A stretch of DNA of 64,000 bases from Candidatus Omnitrophota bacterium. Its GTDB lineage: Bacteria; Omnitrophota; Gorgyraeia; B26-G9; JBDRCZ01. The stretch covers positions 2,199 through 66,198 of the forward strand of contig JBDRCZ010000051.1 of NCBI GenBank assembly GCA_043821285.1, given 5' to 3'. The notes beneath the pieces are model-generated. The model saw nothing but the letters and a program-made list of their open reading frames with translations. It was not told the DNA's origin and searched no databases. Of this stretch, positions 19,526 through 28,954 are shown in pieces (position 1 is the first letter of the stretch; each line of letters starts with the position of its first letter). The translations under genes and the position numbers were made by a program.

Positions 19526-19647
19526 ATCCCACCTCGCAGATCGTGAGGAAATTCTTGATTAATAATTTCCTCCACGCTCGGTGGGATAAATTCGCACACA
19601 TAAGTAATGTCGCTTTACAGCGGCATAACTTATGTGCTCATTTAAAC
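19526..19647 (+). repeat. Structured intergenic element, copy C (upstream of rplY)
   Basis: Outer stem atcccacc...ggtgggat, then aaattcgcac, then the hairpin gcacacataagtaatg.../...cataacttatgtgc, then tcatttaaac. Confidence 0.7.
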
Positions 19648-19686
19648 TTTGAAAACCGTAGATTTTTAAATGACCCGCCAAAAGAC

Positions 19687-20388
19687 ATGGCGGGGGAGGA
19701 TATTGTCGTGGAAAATGTGGTGCTTAAGGCAGAAGAGAGGGAGATTACCGGAAAGTCGACAGTTAAAAAACTTCGGCAGAGGTCTAAGGTTCCGGCGGTT
19801 ATTTACAGAAAAGGCAAAACTGGCGCGAATGTTTTTGTGGACAAAAAAGATGTTTTAAAGGTTTTGCATACTAAAGCGGGTGAAAATGTCCTGATTAATC
19901 TAGAAATTATGGATGCAGATAAGGATAAGAATAAAACAGTTATTATTAAAGAAATTCAGCATGATCCGATAACTAGAGAGATGTTGCATATTGATTTTTA
20001 TCAGATAAGTCTGACGGAACGTATAAAAATAAATGTTCCTTTGATGGTAAAAGGAGATGCCCCGGGAATTAAAGAAGGCGGTATTTTGGAACATGTAATA
20101 CGGGAAGTGGAGATTGAGTGCTTGCCGACAAAGATTCCGGAAAGTATTGATATTGATGTTTCAAATATGAATATTGGTGATGTTATGCATTTAAAGGACA
20201 TAGCTTTGCCAGTAGATCTGCATGTGCTTACAAACTTAGAACAGGTAGTTGTTTTAATTAAGGCGCCGGTTGAAGAAAAGGCAGCAGAAGAAGCGGTGAT
20301 CACAGAAGCAGCACCAGCAGAGCCGGAAGTAATAAAACAAAAGAAGCCAGAAGCAGCGGCTGAAGGTGAAACCAAAGAAGAAAAATAG
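19687..20388 (+). CDS. rplY: 50S ribosomal protein L25 / general stress protein Ctc (long form)
   Basis: The L25 N-terminal domain (KVPAVIYRKGK...) plus the Ctc C-terminal domain and an acidic/Lys tail. The internal ATG is preferred (MAGEDIVV...). The exact coordinate may be off by one: my reading of the printed sequence at about 19680 disagrees with the ORF track by one base. Confidence 0.8.
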   Translation: MAGEDIVVENVVLKAEEREITGKSTVKKLRQRSKVPAVIYRKGKTGANVFVDKKDVLKVLHTKAGENVLINLEIMDADKDKNKTVIIKEIQHDPITREMLHIDFYQISLTERIKINVPLMVKGDAPGIKEGGILEHVIREVEIECLPTKIPESIDIDVSNMNIGDVMHLKDIALPVDLHVLTNLEQVVVLIKAPVEEKAAEEAVITEAAPAEPEVIKQKKPEAAAEGETKEEK

Positions 20389-20421
20389 CAAATTAGTGTC
20401 GCAGACAATAATTTGATTTAT

Positions 20422-20976
20422 ATGAAAATATTGATTGGGCTGGGGAATCCGGGGATTGCTTATAAAGATACCCGGCATAACATTGGCTTTAGAATTATTG
20501 ATAATTTTGCCCAGAGACATAAGTTTTTGTTGAAAAAAAGAAAGTTTAGAAGTATTATTTTAGAAGGGAATAGCTGTAATCAGAAAGTACTACTGGTTAA
20601 AGCCCAGACATTTATGAATTTGAGCGGGGAGGCAGTGCGAGCAGTAGTATCATTTTATAAAATTGTTCTTGAAGAGATGCTCGTAATATGCGATGATAGC
20701 GCCTTGCCGCTGGGGAAAATACGTTTGCGTAAAAAAGGCAGTGCCGGGGGACACAAGGGAATCATTTCGATAATTGAAAATATTCATAGCAATAACTTCC
20801 CGCGCCTTAGAGTAGGTATTGGCCGGCCCCGGGACCGGAACATGACAAATTATGTACTGCAGCCTTTTGAAAAGGAAGAAAAAAAAACGGTTGAGACGGC
20901 AATTAACCTGGCAACTGATGCGATAGAGTTGTGGATTGAATTAGGCATAACTGAGGTAATGAATACATATAACTAA
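20422..20976 (+). CDS. pth: Peptidyl-tRNA hydrolase
   Basis: MKILIGLGNPG...RHNIGF signature. Confidence 0.9.
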   Translation: MKILIGLGNPGIAYKDTRHNIGFRIIDNFAQRHKFLLKKRKFRSIILEGNSCNQKVLLVKAQTFMNLSGEAVRAVVSFYKIVLEEMLVICDDSALPLGKIRLRKKGSAGGHKGIISIIENIHSNNFPRLRVGIGRPRDRNMTNYVLQPFEKEEKKTVETAINLATDAIELWIELGITEVMNTYN

Positions 20977-21057
20977 AAACGATAAAATCCTAAGCACGAA
21001 TATCGAAATCCGAGTGTAGGTAATTCTTGACCGACCGGTATGGGGGGGTAAAAAGTA

Positions 21058-21348
21058 ATGAAAAGTTATGAAGCAATGTTTATAATTTCTACGCAACTGG
21101 ATAAAGACGCATTAAGTAATGCAATTACGCAAATCAATGAGCTAATCACAAAAAACAGCGGGATTATAGAAAATACGCAAAACTGGGGAAGACGGTCGCT
21201 TTCGTTTAAAATAAAGAAAAGGCATGAGGGGGTATATTATTTAGTAAATTTCAAAATTTCACCGGATGAAATTTCTAAGCTCAATGCGCAATATCGATTG
21301 AAAGAATTCATTTTACGCCATACGATTTTTGCGGCACAAAAATCATAA
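21058..21348 (+). CDS. rpsF: 30S ribosomal protein S6
   Basis: MKSYEAMFII..., S6 family. Confidence 0.85.
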   Translation: MKSYEAMFIISTQLDKDALSNAITQINELITKNSGIIENTQNWGRRSLSFKIKKRHEGVYYLVNFKISPDEISKLNAQYRLKEFILRHTIFAAQKS

Positions 21349-21405
21349 GTCATATAATCTACAGCCGTTTTAATCAGGCTAAAAAACAGAAAGGAGAGAA
21401 ATAAA

Positions 21406-21834
21406 TTGGCAAGTCTTAATAAGGTGTTTTTGATTGGTAACCTGACCCGTGATCCGGAACTGCGTTATGTTCCGAGTGGTACCGCGGTCACAACGTTTTC
21501 TATAGCCGTAAACCGTGTATTTACACAACAGAACGGAGAACGTAAAGAAGATGTGTGTTTTATCCGGATCGTTGCATGGGGAAAGCTGGCGCAAAGCTGT
21601 GGTGAATATTTAAATAAAGGAAGTTCTGTTTTTATTGAAGGACGGCTGCAAAACCGCAGCTGGGAAGCAGGAGACGGTACGAAACGTTCAACAATGGAAG
21701 TTATTGCCCAGCGGGTACAATTTCTCGATCGGGTAAAACAAACCTCCACGGGAAGCAATGCGGAGATGGCCATGGATGAAGACACAGAACCAATGGAACC
21801 AGTATCTGCTCCTGATGAGACTGTGCCATTTTAA
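21406..21834 (+). CDS. ssb: Single-stranded DNA-binding protein
   Basis: OB-fold N-terminus NKVFLIGNLTRDPELRY, and an acidic C-terminal tail ending DETVPF. Confidence 0.9.
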   Translation: MASLNKVFLIGNLTRDPELRYVPSGTAVTTFSIAVNRVFTQQNGERKEDVCFIRIVAWGKLAQSCGEYLNKGSSVFIEGRLQNRSWEAGDGTKRSTMEVIAQRVQFLDRVKQTSTGSNAEMAMDEDTEPMEPVSAPDETVPF

Positions 21835-21866
21835 ACTTGATTATTCCCTATAGCTTGATAGAGGGT
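21831..21866 (+). terminator. Repeat-family terminator-like element (TTAAACTTGATTATTCCC plus hairpin)
   Basis: ttaaacttgattattccc followed by ccctatagcttgatagaggg. Paralogs at 40711 and 47401 have the same conserved flank with different, compensating hairpin sequences. Confidence 0.55.
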
Positions 21867-21881
21867 GATCTTTTGGATGGA

Positions 21882-21909
21882 AAGTTTGAAAACCTACGGT
21901 TTTCAAATG
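21882..21909 (+). repeat. Palindromic unit AAGTTTGAAAACC-N3-GGTTTTCAAATG
   Basis: Other copies at 2316-2342, 40788-40815 and 45760-45788, and a degenerate copy at 19645-19675. Confidence 0.7.
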
Positions 21910-22000
21910 GATAAAAAATTTCCGGTGCTGCATTGCCTCATCAGCTTGGCAAAATACCCTGTAGTCTTGCTACAGGGATGGTCAAGCTGAAGGAAATTTT
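21906..22000 (+). repeat. ~95-bp intergenic repeat family, copy 2
   Basis: Matches 12466-12560. Contains the hairpin ccctgtagtcttgctacaggg. Confidence 0.7.
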
Positions 22001-22120
22001 TTATTTATTATTTTTACTGCGCAAAAATAAGCATTTATAAGCAAAGCGGATAAAAAAAGACGAAGCGCAAATATTAAATACCCCGCCAAAATACCGAAGA
22101 TCCGCCGAAGTATTAGTGGT

Positions 22121-22231
22121 GGACATGGCGGGTCATTTTAAGGAACTAAGCTGAATATCCCCCCAGTTTTCTAACGAAAACAAGACGGAGGGATAAATTC
22201 GCCCGCCCAAAAGCATGGCGGGCTCATTTAA
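22121..22231 (+). repeat. Structured intergenic element, copy D (upstream of rpsR)
   Basis: ggacatggcgggtcattttaaggaa...atcccccc...ggagggat, then aaattcgcccgcc, then hairpin gcccgcc/ggcgggc, then tcatttaagagaggg. Confidence 0.7.
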
Positions 22232-22246
22232 GAGAGGGTTGGTTAA

Positions 22247-22498
22247 ATGGCGAGAGTCGTGAAGAAAAATAAAAAGCTGGATATGATCCGAAGAAGACCA
22301 AGAAGTTGCAGATTGTGTATAGAGAAAATAAATGCGATGGATTATAAAGATCATACCAGGCTGCGGAAGTTTATCAACGAACGCGGAAAGATTATCCCGA
22401 GCCGTATATTTGCAACCTGTGCAAAACACCAAAGAATGTTAGCCCGAGCGATTAAACGTGCAAGATTTATGGCGCTGTTGCCTTATACTAACGAATAA
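22247..22498 (+). CDS. rpsR: 30S ribosomal protein S18
   Basis: [10 protein letters not shown]...DYKD...LRKFI conserved S18 core. Confidence 0.85.
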   Translation: MARVVKKNKKLDMIRRRPRSCRLCIEKINAMDYKDHTRLRKFINERGKIIPSRIFATCAKHQRMLARAIKRARFMALLPYTNE

Positions 22499-22680
22499 AA
22501 TTTTATTCGTTTGCCTGCGGCTGTGCAGAGAGTAGAAGCGGCAGTGATAATTGATGCAAAAGAGATTTTTAAATTCCCATAACCTGCCTTTTTTTCTTTT
22601 GGCATACCTTTTCTTTTCTAAAGAAAAGGTAGTGGATAGATTAGTGCCTTCGGCACTAATCTATGAGGTGATGATTTATT

Positions 22681-23130
22681 ATGATAAAGATAATCTTAAG
22701 AGAAGATATTAAGAGCTTAGGCAAACGTGGTGAAATTTTCAATGTCCGGGACGGCTATGTGCGTAATTTTCTTATTCCCAGAGGATTGGCTTATGAGGCG
22801 ACCGATGCGAATGTGCGTTCTTTTGAACAGCACAAGAGGCTGGAAGAAGTCCGTCTGACGAGCGAGAAGAAAAATGCCGAACGTCTTGCCAATAAACTGA
22901 TGAACGTTTCTTGTACCGTGATAATGAACGCGACCAGTGATGATAAACTATTCGGTGCGGTTACCGCAAAAGATATTGCCGCTGCTCTCGAGCAACAGGG
23001 CAATATCCTTATTGACAGAAAATTAATCTGCCTGGACTCTCCAATCAAAGAACTTGGTGTGTTTCATGTTCCGGTAAAATTACATCCGGAGTTTACGCAA
23101 ACCATAAAAGTTTGGGTTGTGAAAAAATGA
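22681..23130 (+). CDS. rplI: 50S ribosomal protein L9
   Basis: MKIILREDIKSLGKRGEI...VRNFLIPRGLA. Confidence 0.9.
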   Translation: MIKIILREDIKSLGKRGEIFNVRDGYVRNFLIPRGLAYEATDANVRSFEQHKRLEEVRLTSEKKNAERLANKLMNVSCTVIMNATSDDKLFGAVTAKDIAAALEQQGNILIDRKLICLDSPIKELGVFHVPVKLHPEFTQTIKVWVVKK

Positions 23131-24488
23131 ACGGTAATTTTTCCACGGTGCAGAATGCAGTTTTAGATAAAGTCCCGCCGCAGAATGTTGAGGCAGAGGC
23201 AGCGGTTTTAGGCTCGATGCTTTTGGAAGAGAGCGCAATTGGCATAGCTATTGAACTGCTTAGCGAAGGTTCTTTCTATAATGATGCCCACCGAAAAATA
23301 TTTGCAACAATCAGTAAAATGTATAATGCCAACCAGGCCGTTGATATTGTAACGTTATCAGAATGCTTGCGGCAGGGAAGTATTTTAGAAAACGTGGGCG
23401 GGGCGATGTATCTCACCCATCTGGTTAATTCCATTCCTACAGCAGCAAATGCAGCCCACCATGCAAAAATTATAAAAGAAAAAGCGATCTTGCGTAATTT
23501 AATTTCCGCGGCGACCCAGATTGTTTCTGAGAGTTTTGAAAGTCATGCCGATGCCGCAAGCATGCTTGATAAAGCTGAGCGGTTGATTTTTGATATTGCC
23601 TCCTCCAAAATAAAAGGCGGATTTGTCAATATCAAGGAAATAATTAAAAATAGTATCGAAGCAATAGAAAGTCTTTACCAGAAAAAAACGTATGTTACTG
23701 GTGTGCCTACTGGATTTTATGATTTAGATGTTATGACCGCCGGGCTTCAACCTTCGGATTTTATCGTTGTTGCCGGAAGACCATCAATGGGCAAAAGTGC
23801 ATTAGTTGCGAATATCATTGAGCATGTTGCCGTAGTCGAACATATGCCGGTTGCCGTTTTTAGTATCGAGATGTCCAGAGAACAATTAGTTCAGAGAATA
23901 CTTTGTTCTCATGCCCGGGTAAATATGCAGAATGTAAGAACCGGATATCTTGCCGAAAGGGAATGGGGTAATCTGGTCAATTCCGCCAGTAAATTATCAA
24001 TGGCGCCAATATTTATCGATGATACTCCGGCGATCAACGTCTTAGAATTAAAGGCAAAGGCAAGAAGATTAAAATCACAGCATGATATAAAACTTGTGGT
24101 ATTGGATTATATGCAATTAATGCAGGCCGCGGTATTTGTCCAGAGTCGTCAACAGGAGATTGCCGACATTTCCCGTTCCCTGAAATCTTTGGCAAAAGAA
24201 CTGAATGTCCCGATGGTTGCGGTAAGCCAGTTATCACGCGCTCCGGAACGCCGCGAAAACTTTCGCCCCCGATTGTCAGATTTGCGGGAATCAGGAGCAA
24301 TTGAACAGGATGCAGATGTAGTAATGCTTTTGTTTAGAGAGGAATATTATAACCCCACGCCGGAAAATAAGGGAATTGCCGAGGTGATAATTGCCAAACA
24401 AAGAAATGGTCCGGTGGGAACAAAAAACATGTCTTTTTTAAAAGAATTTAGCCGTTTCGAAAGCATATCTACTAGGGAGAAAACTTAA
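23127..24488 (+). CDS. dnaB: Replicative DNA helicase
   Basis: DnaB N-terminal domain (PQNVEAEAAVLGSML), Walker A GRPSMGKSAL, RecA-like C-terminal domain. Confidence 0.9.
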   Translation: MNGNFSTVQNAVLDKVPPQNVEAEAAVLGSMLLEESAIGIAIELLSEGSFYNDAHRKIFATISKMYNANQAVDIVTLSECLRQGSILENVGGAMYLTHLVNSIPTAANAAHHAKIIKEKAILRNLISAATQIVSESFESHADAASMLDKAERLIFDIASSKIKGGFVNIKEIIKNSIEAIESLYQKKTYVTGVPTGFYDLDVMTAGLQPSDFIVVAGRPSMGKSALVANIIEHVAVVEHMPVAVFSIEMSREQLVQRILCSHARVNMQNVRTGYLAEREWGNLVNSASKLSMAPIFIDDTPAINVLELKAKARRLKSQHDIKLVVLDYMQLMQAAVFVQSRQQEIADISRSLKSLAKELNVPMVAVSQLSRAPERRENFRPRLSDLRESGAIEQDADVVMLLFREEYYNPTPENKGIAEVIIAKQRNGPVGTKNMSFLKEFSRFESISTREKT

Positions 24489-24489
24489 T

Positions 24490-26781
24490 ATGCTGACCAG
24501 TATGGGAGGTAAAAAATTTTTCATTTGTCTTGCGATGTTGATTATTGTTTCATTTTGTACCTGCGGGCTTGCAGATGAGCCGGGGGGGGCAAAAAAAATT
24601 ACCGCGGTTCTGGTAGTGAATAATCAGGCAGTTAGTACACAGGCAATATTATCTAAAGTGCGTATCCGTACCGGACAAGAGTTTTTACCCGCGGCTTTAA
24701 GCGAGGATATAAAAAAATTATATGCTACTGGTTATTTTTCTGAAGTAAGCGTAGATATCGAAGATTATGAACAGGGGGTTAAAATTACGTTTATCGTTAA
24801 GGAAAAACCAGTGCTTGATGAGATAGTATTTTCAGGAAATAAAAAATTCCATCGACGCCGATTGAACGAAAAGATACAATGCCGGATTGGAACTTTTGTT
24901 AATCAGCAGCAATTAAAGGCTGATCAGAAAAGACTTTCTGATTTTTATAATAATCAGGGATACCCGCACAATTCTGTGCATTATCAGGTTGAGGTTAATC
25001 AGGATACGAACCGTGCGGTCGCTACATTTGTGATTGATGAGGGCACGCATGTTAAGATAAAAAGGATGGAGTTAAGCGGTAATTTGGCATTTAAGACTGG
25101 CAGGATTTTGAAGATAATTAAAACCAAAAAGGCCTGGCTTTTTGGCCGGGGGTATTTTCAGGAAGACACATTTCAGGAAGATATGGAGCGGATAAGATCG
25201 TTTTACCGCGAAAATGGTTTTTTGGATGTTGCCGCTGATTATAGCATTGAATACCAGAAAAAAGACCGGTTAATGATCATTAAAATTAAAATTGCAGAAG
25301 GCAAAAAATATGTTACGCGCAAGATTAGTTTTTCTGGAAATAAAATTATTGCCGGTGACTTGCTTCTTGAACAATGTGCGCTTAAACCCGGGTCAGCATA
25401 TGGACAGGAATTATTAAGGGGAGATATTTCTCGCATTCAGGGGTATTATTTTGGCAAAGGATATATTTATGCACGGATTAAAGTAGATACGTATTTAGAC
25501 CCTGAAACCGGCAGTGTTGATATTAGTTATAATATCGAAGAGGGTGAAATAGCTCATGTAGATAAAATAGAAGTTAAAGGAAATACGCGTACCCGGGATA
25601 TTATAATAAGACGTGAACTGCGGCTGGTGCCGGGAGATAGATTTGACGGAGATAAACTGCAGCGCAGTAGAGAAAGAATTCAGAATCTTGGTTATTTTGA
25701 AGAGGTAAGTTTTGATACTGAGGCAACGGATGAAAAAAATAAAGAGAAATTGATTGTTAATGTAAAAGAGACGAAGACCGGAGAGTTTAGTTTTGGTGCG
25801 GGGTATAGCTCGTTAGACAAATTTGTTGGTTTTTTTGATATTTCCCAGAAAAATTTTGACATCACGAATTTTCCTAATTTTACCGGCGGCGGACAGCTTT
25901 TGCGTGCCCGGGCGGAATTTGGCACGACAAAGAAAGATTATGACCTTGACTTTACCGAACCCTGGCTTTTTAACCGTCCGATATCAGTGGGTTTTGCGGC
26001 TTATCAGCGTTCGCGGGAATGGGAACAATATGACCAGGAACGTAAAGGTTTTGACTTGCGTTTTGGCAAGGAGTTTGATGAGTATTTAAGAGGTGATATT
26101 GGCTACCGTAATCAAAATGTTAAAATTTATAATTTTGACGAAGGGGTGTCGGGGGAAATTCGAATGGAAGAAGGAAAGAATATGATTAGCGCGCTTTCCC
26201 TTTCGGTAACTTATGATAAGAGAGATAATGTATTTGAACCCACGCGCGGCTATTTGCGTAGTGCAACCTTTGAAGTTGCCGGCGGCATGTTTGGCGGAGA
26301 TAAGGATTTTCTGAAATATACTGCCTACCATAGCTGGTATTTTACGCAATTCGAAAAGATTGTGCTGGAGATTAAACTAAGAGGCGGATATATGACGACT
26401 TATGATGATAGTCCGACTATTCCGATATATGAACGATTTTATGCTGGAGGCGCAAGTACATTACGTGGATTTAAAGACCGCCGGGTTGGTCCGATAGATT
26501 CTGCCGGTGACCCGGTTGGGGGAAAAATGATGTTTATGGCCAATGTGGAATATCTTTTTCCATTAGTAAATAATATCAAATGGGCAATCTTTTATGATAC
26601 CGGGAACGTATGGGATTCTTTAGATCATGCCGAGTTTGGGGATTTACGTTCCAGTGTGGGAGCAGGAATACGTTTGAAAACGCCGGTTGGCCCGATAAAA
26701 TTTGATTATGGCTTTGTCCTTGACCATAAAGAAGGCGAGGCGAGGACTAGACCGCATTTCAGTATGGGTTATGCTTTTTAG
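24490..26781 (+). CDS. bamA: Outer membrane protein assembly factor BamA
   Basis: Signal peptide, multiple POTRA repeats, C-terminal Omp85 beta-barrel ending in aromatic ...GYAF. Confidence 0.9.
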   Translation: MLTSMGGKKFFICLAMLIIVSFCTCGLADEPGGAKKITAVLVVNNQAVSTQAILSKVRIRTGQEFLPAALSEDIKKLYATGYFSEVSVDIEDYEQGVKITFIVKEKPVLDEIVFSGNKKFHRRRLNEKIQCRIGTFVNQQQLKADQKRLSDFYNNQGYPHNSVHYQVEVNQDTNRAVATFVIDEGTHVKIKRMELSGNLAFKTGRILKIIKTKKAWLFGRGYFQEDTFQEDMERIRSFYRENGFLDVAADYSIEYQKKDRLMIIKIKIAEGKKYVTRKISFSGNKIIAGDLLLEQCALKPGSAYGQELLRGDISRIQGYYFGKGYIYARIKVDTYLDPETGSVDISYNIEEGEIAHVDKIEVKGNTRTRDIIIRRELRLVPGDRFDGDKLQRSRERIQNLGYFEEVSFDTEATDEKNKEKLIVNVKETKTGEFSFGAGYSSLDKFVGFFDISQKNFDITNFPNFTGGGQLLRARAEFGTTKKDYDLDFTEPWLFNRPISVGFAAYQRSREWEQYDQERKGFDLRFGKEFDEYLRGDIGYRNQNVKIYNFDEGVSGEIRMEEGKNMISALSLSVTYDKRDNVFEPTRGYLRSATFEVAGGMFGGDKDFLKYTAYHSWYFTQFEKIVLEIKLRGGYMTTYDDSPTIPIYERFYAGGASTLRGFKDRRVGPIDSAGDPVGGKMMFMANVEYLFPLVNNIKWAIFYDTGNVWDSLDHAEFGDLRSSVGAGIRLKTPVGPIKFDYGFVLDHKEGEARTRPHFSMGYAF

Positions 26782-26973
26782 TTAGCCGAACAAAGGTAGT
26801 GTCAAAAATAAAATGAAATAAACCACAGAGAGCACAGAGGGGGAGGGGTAAGATTACACGGTAAGTGTTTTATTCTCAAGTAGCTCTGTGTCCTCTGTGG
26901 TTAAGTATATGACAGAACCCGAACAAAAAAAGGAGGATGTGATGTTAGTAGAAAACCGAAGTTAAACTTTGTC

Positions 26974-27002
26974 TTGACCGTAAGTAGTTGTTGTGCTATA
27001 AT
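26974..27002 (+). promoter_or_regulatory. Sigma-70-type promoter candidate (TTGACC-17 bp-TATAAT)
   Basis: ttgacc gtaagtagttgttgtgc tataat. Consensus hexamers with the optimal spacer, about 190 bp upstream of skp and just ahead of repeat copy E. Confidence 0.5.
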
Positions 27003-27052
27003 TAAGTGAAATTCCCTTGCCAAAAAATTGAAAATCCGCCAGTGTTTTGTGG

Positions 27053-27182
27053 AGGACATGGCGGGGTCATTAAAGGAAGCTGCTTAATATCCGCCTAACA
27101 AACTGGCGGGTTAAATTCGCAGACGGACATAGTCCTACAATTTACGAAGTTTACACCCCGTAAATTGTCTGCTCATTTAAGG
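27053..27182 (+). repeat. Structured intergenic element, copy E (5' leader of skp)
   Basis: ggaggacatggcggggtcattaaaggaa; hairpin atccgcc-taacaaact-ggcggg, then ttaaattcgcagac, then the hairpin gcagac...caatttacg/cgtaaattgtctgc, then tcatttaaggagg with its RBS, then GTGATG. Confidence 0.7.
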
Positions 27183-27189
27183 AGGTTAC

Positions 27190-27672
27190 GTGATGAAGAG
27201 ATTAGTAGTTTTTACCGTAGTGTGTGTGTTGGTATTGACAGGGTCGGCTTATGCCGCAGATAAATTTGTTTGTGTTGATATTGCTAAAATATTTGATGAG
27301 TATAACAAAACTAAAGACTTAGATGAACAATTACAGAACAAGAAAACAGACCGTGATAATTTAATCAATGAAATGAAAACACTTAACGAAGGTATGGATT
27401 TGTTAAGTGATAAGGCTAAACAGGAGCGCCAGCAGCAGATTGCCGATAAAGAAAAAGAGCTGCGTCAACTAAGTGAAGATTTATTACGTGAACGTGATGA
27501 ACTGGCGCGTAAAATATTAGAAGAAATACAGTCAGTTATTGAGGAACAGAGTAAAAAAAATGGATATGTATTTGTATTTAATGATCGTCTGCTACTTTAT
27601 AAAGATAAAAAACTTGATATCACAGATGATATTATTAAAATCTTAAATACCGGCTATAAAAAAGGTAAATAA
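27190..27672 (+). CDS. skp: Periplasmic chaperone Skp (OmpH family)
   Basis: Signal peptide, then a long coiled-coil region. Located between bamA and lpxD as in many diderms. Confidence 0.75.
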   Translation: MMKRLVVFTVVCVLVLTGSAYAADKFVCVDIAKIFDEYNKTKDLDEQLQNKKTDRDNLINEMKTLNEGMDLLSDKAKQERQQQIADKEKELRQLSEDLLRERDELARKILEEIQSVIEEQSKKNGYVFVFNDRLLLYKDKKLDITDDIIKILNTGYKKGK

Positions 27673-27707
27673 ATCTTCCCCGCAGCAAGAGACGGGGTAT
27701 TTTCATA

Positions 27708-27733
27708 CACGGAAAATGCAAGCATTTTCCACG
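27708..27733 (+). repeat. 23-nt palindrome family CGGAAAATGC-N3-GCATTTTCCG
   Basis: Copies at 27708, 40172, 45619 and 55116. Each follows a terminator-like hairpin. Confidence 0.7.
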
Positions 27734-27877
27734 CATCCGCCAATGCGGATGCAAGCGAAATTGTCTTCGCTTCCGCCACAAGGCGTTGGCGGACAGGTCC
27801 GCCAACGCCTTGTGGCGGGTCTTCGACAATTTCGCAGAAAATAAAAACCGTTTACCTTCTGCTTGCTACAGGGAATA

Positions 27878-28954
27878 ATGAAGGTTATGAGAAAGACACT
27901 TAAAGAATTAGCAGAATTGGTGGATGGTGAAGTAGTTGGCGACGGGAAAACAGTAATTACCGGTATTTGCGGTATTAAAGAGGCGAAAGAAGGAGATATT
28001 ACTTTTATTGCCAACCATCGTTACCTGCCACTTATGGAAAGTACACGCGCTTCGGCAATTATTACCGGTAGAGAGATTGAATGTGCAGCAACACCGATAA
28101 TTCGAACGGACAATCCTTCTCTTAGTTTTGCAAAAATTGTCGGATTGCTTGCCCCTAATTCCATAATCTCTCCTGTGGGAATTCATCCGACAGTTGTTTT
28201 AGGAAGAAATGTTGTTTTAAGTAAAGATGTTGCCATACAGGCGTATGTGGTTATTGAAGATAATGTTACAATTGGGGAAGGGACAATAATATATGCCGGC
28301 GTCTACATTGGCGCGCATACAAGGATTGGGAAAAATACGATTATTTATCCCCATGTGAGCATAAGGGAACGGGTTGTTATTGGTGACCGGGTGATCATTC
28401 ATAATGGGACAGTTATCGGAAGTGACGGTTTTGGTTTTGCAACTGTTCGTGGAATTCACCATAAAATTCCGCAGATTGGCACAGTGGTTATTGAAGACGA
28501 CGTTGAAATTGGGGCAAATGTGACGATTGACCGTGCCCGATTTGAAAAAACTTTGATAAAAAAAGGAACAAAAATTGATAATCTCGTTCAGATTGCCCAT
28601 AATGTTGTTTTAGGAGAAAACACAATTATTGTTGCCCAGGCCGGGATATCGGGAAGTACCGTTATTGGTAAGAACGTTACCTTAGCCGGGCAAGCCGGTC
28701 TTGTCGGACATATAACCGTTGGTGATAATGCGGTGATTGCTGCTCAGTCGGGAGTAACAAAATCAGTGCCCGCGCACACTTGTGTATCCGGATATCCGGC
28801 AAAACCGCATGATCGGGCAAAGAAAATTAATGCACACCTGCAGCGGCTGCCGCAGTTGTATAAGCAAATTCAAAAATTGCAGAAAAAAATTGAGGAGTTG
28901 GAAAAAAATAATGGTAAATCAGCAGACAATAAAGGAGGAGGTCAGCCTACCTGA
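27878..28954 (+). CDS. lpxD: UDP-3-O-(3-hydroxyacyl)glucosamine N-acyltransferase
   Basis: LpxD N-terminal domain plus left-handed beta-helix hexapeptide repeats. The start is ambiguous between 27863 (TTG), 27878 and 27887. Confidence 0.85.
   Translation: MKVMRKTLKELAELVDGEVVGDGKTVITGICGIKEAKEGDITFIANHRYLPLMESTRASAIITGREIECAATPIIRTDNPSLSFAKIVGLLAPNSIISPVGIHPTVVLGRNVVLSKDVAIQAYVVIEDNVTIGEGTIIYAGVYIGAHTRIGKNTIIYPHVSIRERVVIGDRVIIHNGTVIGSDGFGFATVRGIHHKIPQIGTVVIEDDVEIGANVTIDRARFEKTLIKKGTKIDNLVQIAHNVVLGENTIIVAQAGISGSTVIGKNVTLAGQAGLVGHITVGDNAVIAAQSGVTKSVPAHTCVSGYPAKPHDRAKKINAHLQRLPQLYKQIQKLQKKIEELEKNNGKSADNKGGGQPT

Noticed and set aside
19543-19686. Extended N-terminus of rplY from the ORF-track start 19543
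   Set aside because: That segment is the repeat element (copy C) translated. The conserved L25 sequence begins at the internal Met, and the upstream part has no similarity to L25/Ctc.
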